Shown in pieces: positions 1 through 9,408 of a stretch of DNA of 64,000 nt (position 1 is the stretch's first letter; each line of letters starts with the position of its first letter). The stretch is from an uncultured Clostridia bacterium. Its GTDB lineage: Bacteria; Bacillota; Clostridia; TANB77; CAG-465. Below the pieces are notes generated by a model that worked only from the letters and a program-made list of their open reading frames with translations, did not search any database and had not been told where the DNA came from. The stretch covers positions 8,437-72,436 of the forward strand of contig CANRGL010000002.1 of assembly GCA_947630145.1 (NCBI GenBank), read 5' to 3'. A program made the translations under genes and the position numbers.

Positions 1-2
1 AT

Positions 3-131
3 CATTACTTATGTATTTATAAAATAATAAAATTTTAAAATATCTTGAACATTTTTATTGAGAATTCTTAGTAATAAACTGAACATTATTACTAAGAATT
101 CACACATTACTTATGTATTTATAAAATAATA
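3..131. repeat. 27-bp perfect direct repeat (3-29 and 105-131) bracketing a hairpin
   Basis: 'cattacttatgtatttataaaataata' read twice, 102 bp apart. Confidence 0.85.
62..101. repeat. Perfect inverted repeat / hairpin (16-bp stem, 8-nt loop)
   Basis: 'gaattcttagtaataa' (62-77) pairs with 'ttattactaagaattc' (86-101). Confidence 0.85.
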
Positions 132-133
132 TA

Positions 134-161
134 TTGACAAATAACTAGACGTAGTTATAAT
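134..161 (+). promoter_or_regulatory. Sigma-A-type promoter
   Basis: TTGACA (134-139), 16-nt spacer, TATAAT (156-161), upstream of the RBS GGAGG and the ATG at 183. Confidence 0.6.
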
Positions 162-182
162 ATATATATGGAGGTAATATTA

Positions 183-317
183 ATGGGAAGAGGAAAATAT
201 GATACATGTGAAAATTGCATAAACTATGATGAAAGAAGAGGAATATGCACATTAGATAGAAGTGAAGTAGATGAAGATGATTGGTGCAAACATCATAAAA
301 GTGAAGATGAAGATTAA
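183..317 (+). CDS. Small acidic Cys-containing protein (44 aa), possible zinc ribbon
   Basis: ORF below the track cut-off: MGRGKYDTCENCINYDERRGICTLDRSEVDEDDWCKHHKSEDED. GGAGG RBS 7 nt upstream, promoter upstream, hairpin downstream. Confidence 0.5.
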   Translation: MGRGKYDTCENCINYDERRGICTLDRSEVDEDDWCKHHKSEDED

Positions 318-342
318 GATCAACAAATTTTACATAGCGTAC

Positions 343-371
343 AAGGCGCCTAGATAATTTCTAGACGCCTT
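343..371. terminator. Bidirectional terminator-like hairpin between convergent genes
   Basis: 'aaggcgcctaga' / 'tctagacgcctt' stem with one mismatch, followed by a T-rich run. Confidence 0.55.
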
Positions 372-377
372 TGATTT

Positions 378-803
378 TTATAACAACCCTATACTTTCGA
401 ACTTTATTAAATTAATATCAGGACCGTCATTCATATTCCTAGGAATAAAAATGACAATCTCCTTAAGATCAGATCTAAGTTTAGGTATTTCGATATCAAA
501 ATTATTGGGTACACGTTCTCCCAAAATTATAATATCTTTTGAATCTTCTGGTGAACCATTGGATTTTTCTGTTTTAAATTCAACAGTAGCATAGATGCTT
601 TCAGAAGATGATGATACAATACTCATTTGTATTCTTTTTATAGAACCAAAATCTGCATCAACGCCATCTCTAATAGCAAATCCAATACCTACCGGCTTAG
701 AAGTAAAATCAATTGGAAATATAGCTCCTTTATATACCCTGCAGATCTTACCAAAATCATCACCTCCAAATGAAAATGCGAACATTTTTTCTACTCGTTG
801 CAT
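378..803 (-). CDS. Hypothetical protein (141 aa)
   Basis: Intact ORF with an AGGAGG RBS just upstream of the ATG. No family recognised. Confidence 0.55.
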   Translation of the reverse strand: MQRVEKMFAFSFGGDDFGKICRVYKGAIFPIDFTSKPVGIGFAIRDGVDADFGSIKRIQMSIVSSSSESIYATVEFKTEKSNGSPEDSKDIIILGERVPNNFDIEIPKLRSDLKEIVIFIPRNMNDGPDINLIKFESIGLL

Positions 804-993
804 AAAAAATCCTCCTTAAATTTGACTTGGATTTAAAATTTCTTACATAAGTATTATATCATAATTATATAAAAATGTCAATATTTAAACAGTATTTAAA
901 CTCTTTTTTTACATAATATAGACAATTAACGTTATAAGTTTCGTTCATACAAAATCCCATTTTCATTTATTTATAATTCAGAAGAATTCTCAT

Positions 994-1311
994 CTATTTT
1001 AAATCACTTTCTTCACTTAACCAAATAGCAATATCAACTATATCTATTCCTTCATATTGATAAGTATCATGTTTTGTTCTTGCTATTACTACTTTTGGAT
1101 ACGCATCTTGTATCTTTAATAAAGAGTCTATTTCTCTTTTGAATGTATTCTCATTACTTATATCATCAGATACTTGTATATAAATTTTTTTGCCTTGTTT
1201 TTGTGCTACAAAGTCTATTTCTTTTTTATATAAAGTACCTACATAAACTTCATAGCCTCTTCTTAATAATTCTATGGCAACAATATTTTCAGAAATTCTA
1301 CCATAATCCAT
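994..1311 (-). pseudogene. Orphan C-terminal fragment of a DUF4143-type AAA ATPase (duplicate copy)
   Basis: The 105-aa ORF equals the C-terminal nuclease-like end of the decayed gene at 1984-3035. No N-terminal ATPase part is attached. Confidence 0.7.
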
Positions 1312-1387
1312 ATGCTTGTACCTAGCATTGCATATCTAAAAGAAAGAATATATTACAAAATATATATTAAATAAATAGATAGATAGA

Positions 1388-1419
1388 CAATGGCACACAT
1401 GTAAACATGTGTGCCATTG
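1388..1419 (-). terminator. Rho-independent terminator-like hairpin
   Basis: Perfect palindrome 'acaatggcacacatgt aaac atgtgtgccattgt' directly downstream of the 1429-1686 ORF. Confidence 0.65.
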
Positions 1420-1428
1420 TTTTACCCA

Positions 1429-1686
1429 TTAGCGAGGATTTTGCTCATCGTGGAGAGTGCACCAATCATGGTACAGTGCTACTTTTTCCTGAGCAATTTT
1501 TGCTTGTTCTTGCAATTCCCCCAGAGAAGTTGCTGTCAAAATGGTGTTCAAAGACAATCCTGTAGGAGAATTATCATACAAATATCTACCTACAACCACA
1601 TCTCCACTGTCCAATCGCCGATGCAATTCATCCAAATGAGGATACACTTTCTTTACTCTGTTTTTGAAATCTTCTGGATAAAACAT
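1429..1686 (-). CDS. Hypothetical protein (85 aa), visibly GC-richer than its surroundings
   Basis: Intact ORF with a GGAGGA RBS and its own terminator, sitting between the two copies of the 550-bp duplication. Confidence 0.55.
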   Translation of the reverse strand: MFYPEDFKNRVKKVYPHLDELHRRLDSGDVVVGRYLYDNSPTGLSLNTILTATSLGELQEQAKIAQEKVALYHDWCTLHDEQNPR

Positions 1687-1983
1687 ACTATTGTCCTCCT
1701 ATAAAAAAATATTTTTTGCTATGTGTAGTCTTACCTAAGATGAAAAAATAGAAAACTACACTTGTATAATATTATTATACATTATTTTACATAAAATTTC
1801 CTCCTTAAATTTAACTCAGATTTAAAATTTCTTACATAAGTATTATATCATAATTATATAAAAATGTCAATATTTTTAGCAATATTTAAGTTCTTTTTTT
1901 ACATAATATAGGCAATTAAAGCTATAAATTTCGTTCATACAAAATCCCATTTTCATTTATTTATAATTCAGAAGAATTCTCAT

Positions 1984-3035
1984 CTATTTTAAACCACTTT
2001 ATTTACTTAACCAAGTAGCAATATCAACTATATCTATTCCTTCATATTGATAAGTATCATGTTTTGTTCTTGCTATTACTACTTTTGGATACGCATCTTG
2101 TATCTTTAATAAAGAGTCTATTTCTCTTTTGAATGTATTCTCATTACTTATATCATCAGATACTTGTATATAAATTTTTTTGCCTTATTTTTGTGCTACA
2201 AAGTCTATTTCTTTTTTATATAAAGTACCTACATAAACTTCATAGTCTCTTCTTAATAATTCTATGGCAACAATATTTTCAGAAATTCTACCATAATTCA
2301 TATTGCTTGTACCTAGCATTGCATATCTAAAAGATTGATCTGCTAATAATATTTGTTTTGTGTACTCAATAATTTCTTGCCTTTTATATCGTATCTTTTA
2401 ACTTTATAGAAAGCAAAAGAATTACACAAATACTCTATATAATTATTGATTGTTTTATCTGTTATACTAACATTGTTTGAATTTAAAACATGTGCAATAT
2501 TATTAGCAGATGTTAAATTTGAAACATTATCCATTAAGAAGTCTGTTAAATTTTGAATTATATCTGTATTTCTTATTTTATATTTTTGATTTATATCTCT
2601 AATTATTAAAATATTAAATACATCTTTTATATACTGATACTTTTCTTCTTGTGTTTTATACAGATATGAACCAGACATTCCACCTTCATATACATATTTG
2701 TCAAAAGCTTCTTGTAAATTATTTTACTCATAATATTTTTGAAATTCCTTAAATGAAAATGGATATACTTCTACTTTAAAAGTTCTACCTGTAAATAATG
2801 TTGATAAATCACTACTCATTAAGAATGCATTAGATCCAGTTATATAAATATCATATTTTTCTTCTGCATGAAATCCATTTATTGCTTTTTCAAAACCTTC
2901 ACACATTTACACTTCATCAATTAATATGAAATTTTCAACTCCTTCTTTATAGTTTGATTCAACATATTCTACTAAAGCATTATAATTTTTTAAATTTTCA
3001 AATTTTGGTAAATTATAATTTATATGAATAATATT
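1984..3035 (-). pseudogene. Decayed AAA ATPase (AAA_14/DUF4143 type): 5'-truncated with nonsense and frameshift lesions
   Basis: Fragments 2906-2724, 2678-2343 and 2330-1984 are colinear with the intact paralog at 31249-32547. Walker B 'ILIDEV' is followed by TAA where Q is expected; 'QK*GKK' is a nonsense codon; the Walker A region is missing. Confidence 0.75.
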
Positions 3036-3084
3036 ATTCCTATTCCGAAAAATCAAGTTTTTTTCTTTTTTTCGGAATAGGAAT
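3036..3084. repeat. Perfect 17-bp-stem hairpin at the truncation point of the ATPase pseudogene
   Basis: 'attcctattccgaaaaa' (3036-3052) pairs with 'tttttcggaataggaat' (3068-3084), followed by TTTT. Confidence 0.8.
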
Positions 3085-3139
3085 TTTTAATTCTGTTATT
3101 ATTTCTGTATTTCAACCATTATTTTTTTAAGGTTATTAT

Positions 3140-3590
3140 CATTTTTGATACCACACTTTTTTAATATCCTTACTATTTATATTTTTAGGAGTCCTAATAC
3201 CTTCTTGTCCTCCAAAAAAGGGAATTGCATATACTATTGTATATTGACAAATTAATGTATTCTTATAATTCCATTCAATAAATTCAATTAATTTCTCTTT
3301 ATTGGTTTTATTGCTTTTATATATGCTAGCTAAAGCTAGCTTTTCACATTCATGTATTCACTGGTGTTAATCTTTATATGAAAAATTAATATTTCTATTA
3401 TAATTCTTTATTTTTGTAATTTTAGGAATTTCTTTATTTTCACTATATAAAACATTTTTCCAAATCATTGATGGATAATCTTCTATAATCGTTAAAAATC
3501 TATTTAGTTCTTGATTAATAATTCTCTTATCTTTTTTAGTTGAGTAATATTCTTTTAAAGCAAAGCCTAAACTTATCTGAAATTGATTAT
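3140..3590 (-). pseudogene. Remnant of an unidentified gene with in-frame stops
   Basis: The minus-strand frame reads ...KEYYSTKKDKRIINQELNRFLTIIEDYPSMIWKN...NFSYKD*HQ*IHECEKLALASIYKSNKTNKEKLIEFIEWNYKN... with TAA and TGA stops 9 nt apart. Confidence 0.3.
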
Positions 3591-3721
3591 CCTACAATAT
3601 AGAATTATAAGAGAAATTACAATCATACTATTATTATCCCTTAATATTCCATTTGTAGTATATTCATTTAAATATGAAACGATGTTTCTGTCAAATATAA
3701 CAAACTTATTTTTATTATTTA

Positions 3722-4663
3722 TTATAACATATCTTTTTTCTTAAGGATAAATGTGATAATAGCAGTTACAAGTATTGAAATTATTATTATGCTATAAAAG
3801 CCTAGCGTACCTGTATTAAATGGAAATTGTACATTCATACCTAAAAAACTTGCTATCATTGTTGGTATAGATATAACAAGAGTAATAGAAGTAAGCCATT
3901 TCATAACAGTATTTAAATTATTTGATACTATAGTACCAAACATATCGACAATACCATTTAATATTTCACTATATGTCTGAATCATTTCTATTGCCTGTCT
4001 ATTTTCTATAAGTGTATCTTCAAGAATATCTTCATCTTCTTCATATAATGGCAGCACTTTTCCTTTTTTTAATTTTTCTAATACTACTTGATTTCCTTTT
4101 ACAGAAGCATTAAAATATACCATCGTTTTTTCAAATGTAACCATCTTTAATAATTCCTTATTATCCATTGTTTTTAACATCTGATTTTCAAATTTATCTA
4201 AGTCTCTATTTATATATGTAAGATATCTTATATAATCTTGTGCTATACTGTACAATATCTGGAAAGTAAATCTTGATTTTTTTTCTGTTTGCACACCAAA
4301 TTTATTTTCACTTAAAACTTTATATACAGAATTAATTCTAACTTGAGATATGGTTATAAATATTTCATCTCTTACTATTATCATACCAAGTGGCATTGTA
4401 GTATAAATTTTTTGATTATCTTTCATTTCTGTTGCAGGTGAGTCAACAATTATTAATATTGAATCATCTTCCATATCAATATGGGCCTTTTCAGCTATAT
4501 CAAGAGGATATCTAAGTAAGTGTTCTTTTATTCTTACTGATCTACTAATTTTCCTTATTTCATTATCCGTAGGGGAAACCATATTTATCCAACAACCTTT
4601 CACAGGTTTTTCAATTTTATTAAAATTTCTAGATTTTTGATCTGTTATATATATATCTACCAT
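3722..4663 (-). CDS. corA: CorA-family Mg2+/Co2+ transporter
   Basis: 313 aa with two C-terminal TM helices and the GMN signature ('FLGMNVQFPF'). Confidence 0.9.
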   Translation of the reverse strand: MVDIYITDQKSRNFNKIEKPVKGCWINMVSPTDNEIRKISRSVRIKEHLLRYPLDIAEKAHIDMEDDSILIIVDSPATEMKDNQKIYTTMPLGMIIVRDEIFITISQVRINSVYKVLSENKFGVQTEKKSRFTFQILYSIAQDYIRYLTYINRDLDKFENQMLKTMDNKELLKMVTFEKTMVYFNASVKGNQVVLEKLKKGKVLPLYEEDEDILEDTLIENRQAIEMIQTYSEILNGIVDMFGTIVSNNLNTVMKWLTSITLVISIPTMIASFLGMNVQFPFNTGTLGFYSIIIISILVTAIITFILKKKDML

Positions 4664-4737
4664 TATAATTCCCCCTTCTTTACAATATTATAATTGTATA
4701 ATATTAGTCTAATTTTGTCAATATTTAAACTAAATAC

Positions 4738-6129
4738 TTACATAGTAAGCACACCATTTTTACTATCAATTATAAGTAAAACTTTTTCCTCTTTACCAGT
4801 ATTTGCATTAATGTATATTAAAAACTCTCTATTATCAATTTTTCCTTTAAATTCATATGTTAGTATCTCAGTATTATATTCAGTAGGTATAATAGCTATA
4901 TCAGAAGATATTATTTCAATTTTGCTATTAATAGTCTTTCTTGCAACACTTTCTGATATTTTAGGTGTAATATTTTCCCTTAAAGTATGATTAAATATAT
5001 ATCCTCCTGCCTCTACTCCACAAATTTCTCCATCATCTAAAGCAACTTTTACTTTTACTAAATCAGGATATAGAAAAACTCCATCTTGCACTGCCGCGTA
5101 GTTTATAACGGCTATATTTTCTGTTTTTTGGTAATATGTATCTTTTACATCATCTATACCAATTTTTTTAAGAAACTCTAAACCTTTTTGCTTTGCTTCT
5201 TCTATACTTAATTTTTCTTCTTTTACTCTTTTATCTCCTATCATAAGATATAGCTTACAACCCTTTTTTGTAATACTTATACTTCTTTTTTTCTCTATAT
5301 TTTTTAAACTTACCTCAAAATTATATAAATCTATTCTTCCATTTGACTCTTCTTTTAGTTTTATATCTTCAACATTTTCTTCACCAAAGATTTCATTTAT
5401 ATACTTTTTTGCTTGATCTTCTGAGGTATCATAATCTTCTAAACTTTTAGGAGTCTGAGTTAAAATGTGGTCTGAAAACGCACCGTCATAAATTAATCCC
5501 TCATAATTTTGAAAGGCTTTACTTACCTTTGCAATACTTGACATACTTTCGCCAATTTGTATATTTGACAATTCTTCATTTCCTCTTTTTTCTAACTCAT
5601 CCCATTTTATTACTCCATCATTTAAATCATCATATATATCTTGCATAGATTTTGAAAGTTCTTGAGCTTTTCCATATATATTTTTTATACTATCATATTC
5701 TTCATCTGTTATTTTTTCTTCTGAAATATTTTGTTTCATCAAACTATATGAAAAATCACTTACTTGTGTAAGATATTTAGAAGCATTTGATAAAGCATTT
5801 TGAGAGACAGGTATTGCCTCTAAGCTCTCCTTTGCAAGATTTGCCTGTTTCCATATATCTGCAAGTGTTACTGATGTCATTTTTGGAGTTGAAGTAACAA
5901 GTAACTTTGCAAGATCTACCTCAACATTATTTATGTATGATACTGCAGAATACATTGATTTATTATATTCATCTTGCGTAGAGTTTTTAGCTCTTTTAAA
6001 ATTATTTGTCATTTCAAGTGAGAAAATTATCAATGCACCAAATATCATAAAAACTACTACTTTAGCAATTCTTGGGTCTATTTTTCTTTTTAATTTATTT
6101 ATTTTTATCTCTAATTTTTCTATCATCAT
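4738..6129 (-). CDS. ypeB: Germination protein YpeB
   Basis: 463 aa with an N-terminal membrane anchor and PepSY-like C-terminal half. 4-nt overlap with upstream sleB, as in Bacillus sleB-ypeB. Confidence 0.8.
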   Translation of the reverse strand: MMIEKLEIKINKLKRKIDPRIAKVVVFMIFGALIIFSLEMTNNFKRAKNSTQDEYNKSMYSAVSYINNVEVDLAKLLVTSTPKMTSVTLADIWKQANLAKESLEAIPVSQNALSNASKYLTQVSDFSYSLMKQNISEEKITDEEYDSIKNIYGKAQELSKSMQDIYDDLNDGVIKWDELEKRGNEELSNIQIGESMSSIAKVSKAFQNYEGLIYDGAFSDHILTQTPKSLEDYDTSEDQAKKYINEIFGEENVEDIKLKEESNGRIDLYNFEVSLKNIEKKRSISITKKGCKLYLMIGDKRVKEEKLSIEEAKQKGLEFLKKIGIDDVKDTYYQKTENIAVINYAAVQDGVFLYPDLVKVKVALDDGEICGVEAGGYIFNHTLRENITPKISESVARKTINSKIEIISSDIAIIPTEYNTEILTYEFKGKIDNREFLIYINANTGKEEKVLLIIDSKNGVLTM

Positions 6130-6695
6130 TTTGCCTCCCCAAGTGAAAATTTATGTTCTCCAATTGTTGCTACAACTGGAAGTGAGAATAACCATTTACT
6201 TTTTGTTTTAGATGGGTTATAAAAATAAAGTGCACCATTAGTGGGATCAGAACCATTCATAGCATCTTGTGCCGCTTTATATACAGTTGAATTTTCTTCT
6301 ATAGGTGCATTAAATTGACCATCTTTTATACATGAAAACTGATCTTTTTGATAAATTACACCAGCAATAGTATTTGGAAATTTTGAGCTTTTTACTCTAT
6401 TCATTATAACAGCACCTACTGCAACTTGCCCTTCATATGGTTCACCTCTTGCTTCTCCATTTATCAATCTAGCAAGTAGTTTTACCATATCATCTCCACT
6501 AGGAGTATTTGTACTTGTTGAACTTTCTTCTTGTTTTTTACCATCCATATCTGATATAACGCTTATTATACTATTACTTATATACTTTTTAAAATCAGAA
6601 AAATTAAATGAAGCATATAACAAAAAAGTAAGTAAGATTATTGATGCTAAAAAAAGTACATGTTCTCTTTTAATTTGCATAATTTTTACCTCCAA
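6126..6695 (-). CDS. sleB: Spore cortex-lytic enzyme, SleB/CwlJ (Hydrolase_2) family
   Basis: 'ARLINGEARGEPYEGQVAVGAVIMNRV...FPNTIAGVIYQKDQFS' matches the Hydrolase_2 core. Signal/TM N-terminus; paired with ypeB. Confidence 0.8.
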   Translation of the reverse strand: MEVKIMQIKREHVLFLASIILLTFLLYASFNFSDFKKYISNSIISVISDMDGKKQEESSTSTNTPSGDDMVKLLARLINGEARGEPYEGQVAVGAVIMNRVKSSKFPNTIAGVIYQKDQFSCIKDGQFNAPIEENSTVYKAAQDAMNGSDPTNGALYFYNPSKTKSKWLFSLPVVATIGEHKFSLGEAK

Positions 6696-6752
6696 ATAAA
6701 AATTAGTATTATTTTCTGCAAAATTAAAATTAAATATGCACTTAATTTATTT

Positions 6753-7004
6753 TTAAAAAATATAATGTATAACAATTAATGCTAAAACACCAGGAATTCC
6801 TAATGTTCCAGATATAACAGCAGTTACTATATTAAATGGAATGTGAAGTCCAATATTTTCTCCAAATATATTAGTAATAATTATTAAAATAATACCTATA
6901 GCTATGTTAATTAGTAACTTTAATATTTTTTTAAAAGGCCAAGAAAATATTTTTGCAACTATAATAACAGCTATAACACATAGACAAAATATAACATATT
7001 GCAT
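6753..7004 (-). CDS. bofA: Pro-sigma-K processing inhibitor BofA
   Basis: Small 2-TM protein ending '...NIVTAVISGTLGIPGVLALIVIHYIF', like B. subtilis BofA. The start at MQYV follows a GGGGGT RBS. Confidence 0.75.
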   Translation of the reverse strand: MQYVIFCLCVIAVIIVAKIFSWPFKKILKLLINIAIGIILIIITNIFGENIGLHIPFNIVTAVISGTLGIPGVLALIVIHYIF

Positions 7005-7112
7005 AATATATACCCCCATATAATAATACATTATACTTGTCTAATATTATTTTTATGCTAAATATTTTTTAATTTTGATTAGTGGAATTTTTAACTTTAA
7101 TAAAGTATAAAA

Positions 7113-7136
7113 AATCGAAGTGAATATTCACTTCGA
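7113..7136. terminator. Bidirectional terminator hairpin
   Basis: Palindrome 'tcgaagtgaatattcacttcga' flanked by A-run and T-run. Confidence 0.7.
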
Positions 7137-7155
7137 AATTTTTTACATTTTAAGA

Positions 7156-7548
7156 TTATGCTTGTGGTCCTTGATATTCAGCACTTCCAAATGCAAGTAT
7201 ACATTCAAATATGAAAGATAGGAATACAAGTCCTACAGCAAATCCACCGCCTTTACCAAATGCTTTTGCAAGTTTAATGTTCATTAATACTGCAACAACG
7301 ATATTAGCAATTGGAACTAATAATAGTAATACCATCCAAGGTGATAAACCAACTATCTTAAATAATGTTATTATATTATATATTGGTATTATTGATTTCC
7401 ATCCTGCTTCTCCAGCTTTTGTAAATATTTTAAACATAGCAATAATTGATATTATAGCAATTATAATAGTAGTTACAAGATAACTTATGCTAAATTCAAA
7501 TGAATTAGCTGATGAAGATAAGACTTCAGTATAAACATTATTATACAT
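7156..7548 (-). CDS. DUF5684-like small membrane protein
   Basis: 'FKIFTKAGEAGWKSIIPIYNIITLFKIVGLSPWMVLLLLVP' is the pattern typical of that family (from memory). Confidence 0.6.
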   Translation of the reverse strand: MYNNVYTEVLSSSANSFEFSISYLVTTIIIAIISIIAMFKIFTKAGEAGWKSIIPIYNIITLFKIVGLSPWMVLLLLVPIANIVVAVLMNIKLAKAFGKGGGFAVGLVFLSFIFECILAFGSAEYQGPQA

Positions 7549-7734
7549 ATTATATTCACCTCCTCTTAAAGAAAAATAATTAATACAAAATATAGAATAC
7601 TAAATTCTATGTTATTATTATACAATTAATTAAAAAAATTGTCAAATTTTATTTTTTTGTAAATATTTTATATATTCTATCATATAATTTATTAAATAAA
7701 ATTTTTAAATACTTACAATTGGAGGTAATTTATT

Positions 7735-8082
7735 ATGATTGGTGAAACTTATCAATTAGAAAATGGTTTTTGGATTTATTCTAAAGGGACACTTTTTGAT
7801 CTAGGACTTAACGATGATTTAATTGTGGCTGACTGCTCAAATTTTTCATATGTATCTGGTTCATTAATAATAACAAAAAAGGAAAATGTTATAACCATAA
7901 TATCTTCTACACCAATAGATGATGGAAATACAAAAAAGCCTAACATTCTTGCTGAATTTTCCAATTCTAATACAAATATTTTTGCAAACGTTATTATTAA
8001 AAATATCTGCTATACAATTGATTATAACTGTCAGATCACAGCATGTCCTGCACATAAAGTCATTCATCCAAAAATAAACTAA
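7735..8082 (+). CDS. Hypothetical protein (115 aa)
   Basis: GGAGG RBS, and a terminator hairpin ('atagagttca'/'tgaactctat') at about 8086-8122. Confidence 0.5.
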   Translation: MIGETYQLENGFWIYSKGTLFDLGLNDDLIVADCSNFSYVSGSLIITKKENVITIISSTPIDDGNTKKPNILAEFSNSNTNIFANVIIKNICYTIDYNCQITACPAHKVIHPKIN

Positions 8083-8141
8083 GAAAAAATAGAGTTCATT
8101 TTAAAAAGTGAACTCTATTTCTATTTTCATTACTATTTTTA

Positions 8142-9392
8142 TTATAATATTCTAATTATATCTTTATATGTAACAAATATGGTCAGTAGTATTAATAATC
8201 CCATTCCTATATATGAAATTATCGCTTCTACATTTTCTGATACTTTTTTTCTAGTAATAGTTTCAAATAATACAATTACAACTTTTCCTCCATCAAGAGG
8301 TGGAAAAGGCATAATATTTGCCACTCCTACAGCAAGCGATATTATGGCCATAAGGTTTAAGAAACTTATTATTCCATTTGTCTTAGAAACAACTTCTCCT
8401 ATTCCTACTATACCAGACATATCATTTATTCCAACTTTACCTCTGAACAAATCAACATATGAACCAATTATTCTTGAAACATCATTTACCATATTCAAAA
8501 TAGCATATTTTAAATTTGTATCTACTATTTGTGTACTTGCTATACCTAAATCAAAATTTTCTTTTTCTTTAGGTGTAATATTTATAGTTGTAGTCTCATT
8601 TTTTCTTTCATAAGTCAATTTCATTTCTTTATTTGCATTTTCACGTATTATAGATATAACTTCTGCAGAAGTATTTGTTTTTACATCATTTATACTTACA
8701 ATTTTATCTCCAGCTTTAATTCCTGCTTCAACTGCAGAGCCTCCTCCTGATACCATATCAATTTCATTAGTAGGATTACCTTCATCATCTATTTTAAATA
8801 CTACACCTATATTACCAATTTTTGTTACTGCATTATCTAATTCTACTTCTTTTGTATTCCCATTATGGATATATTCAATTTTTACTTTTTGGCCATAACT
8901 TACATTTTGATTTGTAAGATCATCAAATATTAAAGTTTTTTTACCATTTATAGATACTATTTCATCTCCTACTTCAAGTCCTGCATTTTGTAATACAGAA
9001 TTAGGTGAAAATTCTGTTATTTTTGTTGTAGCAGTTTTATATGAAAATGCAATACTTAAAAATATTGCTATTGCAAGGATTGCATTCATAACTACACCTG
9101 CAACCAAAATTAATATTTTTTTATACCAACTAATTTTAGCAAATGAGTGTTCACTGTCAGTATTTCCGTCTTCTCCTTCTATTGCACAATACCCACCAAG
9201 TGGTATACATCTTAAAGAATACATTGTTCCTTTAAATTGTTTTTGAAATATTTTAGGTCCAAATCCAATAGCAAATTCATTTACTTGAACCTTAAATAGT
9301 TTAGATATAATAAAATGTCCAAATTCATGTATTGTTGCAACAACACATATTATTATTAATAATTTTATAATAGTAATTAAAAAAGTTAACAA
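8142..9392 (-). CDS. rseP: RIP site-2 zinc metalloprotease RseP/RasP
   Basis: HEFGH motif in TM1, central PDZ region and C-terminal TM helices; follows cdsA. Confidence 0.9.
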   Translation of the reverse strand: MLTFLITIIKLLIIICVVATIHEFGHFIISKLFKVQVNEFAIGFGPKIFQKQFKGTMYSLRCIPLGGYCAIEGEDGNTDSEHSFAKISWYKKILILVAGVVMNAILAIAIFLSIAFSYKTATTKITEFSPNSVLQNAGLEVGDEIVSINGKKTLIFDDLTNQNVSYGQKVKIEYIHNGNTKEVELDNAVTKIGNIGVVFKIDDEGNPTNEIDMVSGGGSAVEAGIKAGDKIVSINDVKTNTSAEVISIIRENANKEMKLTYERKNETTTINITPKEKENFDLGIASTQIVDTNLKYAILNMVNDVSRIIGSYVDLFRGKVGINDMSGIVGIGEVVSKTNGIISFLNLMAIISLAVGVANIMPFPPLDGGKVVIVLFETITRKKVSENVEAIISYIGMGLLILLTIFVTYKDIIRIL

Positions 9393-9408
9393 TTATTTTA
9401 CCTCCATC

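Larger units (their letters stand above)
796..2335. repeat. ~550-bp segmental duplication (796-1345 and 1786-2335, offset 990 bp)
   Basis: The two copies align by eye with few substitutions and one 1-nt indel. Homology ends after 'gcatatctaaaaga' in both copies. Confidence 0.85.

Noticed and set aside
1143-2330. Duplicated 60/65-aa plus-strand ORFs (1143-1325 and 2133-2330) and ORF 1411-1704
   Set aside because: They are antisense to the ATPase fragment copies and to the 85-aa gene. They are duplicated only because the underlying DNA is duplicated.
8179-8613. 144-aa plus-strand ORF
   Set aside because: It lies entirely antisense to rseP and has low-complexity Ile/Ser/Phe-rich content with no RBS. 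It is a shadow ORF typical of AT-rich DNA.
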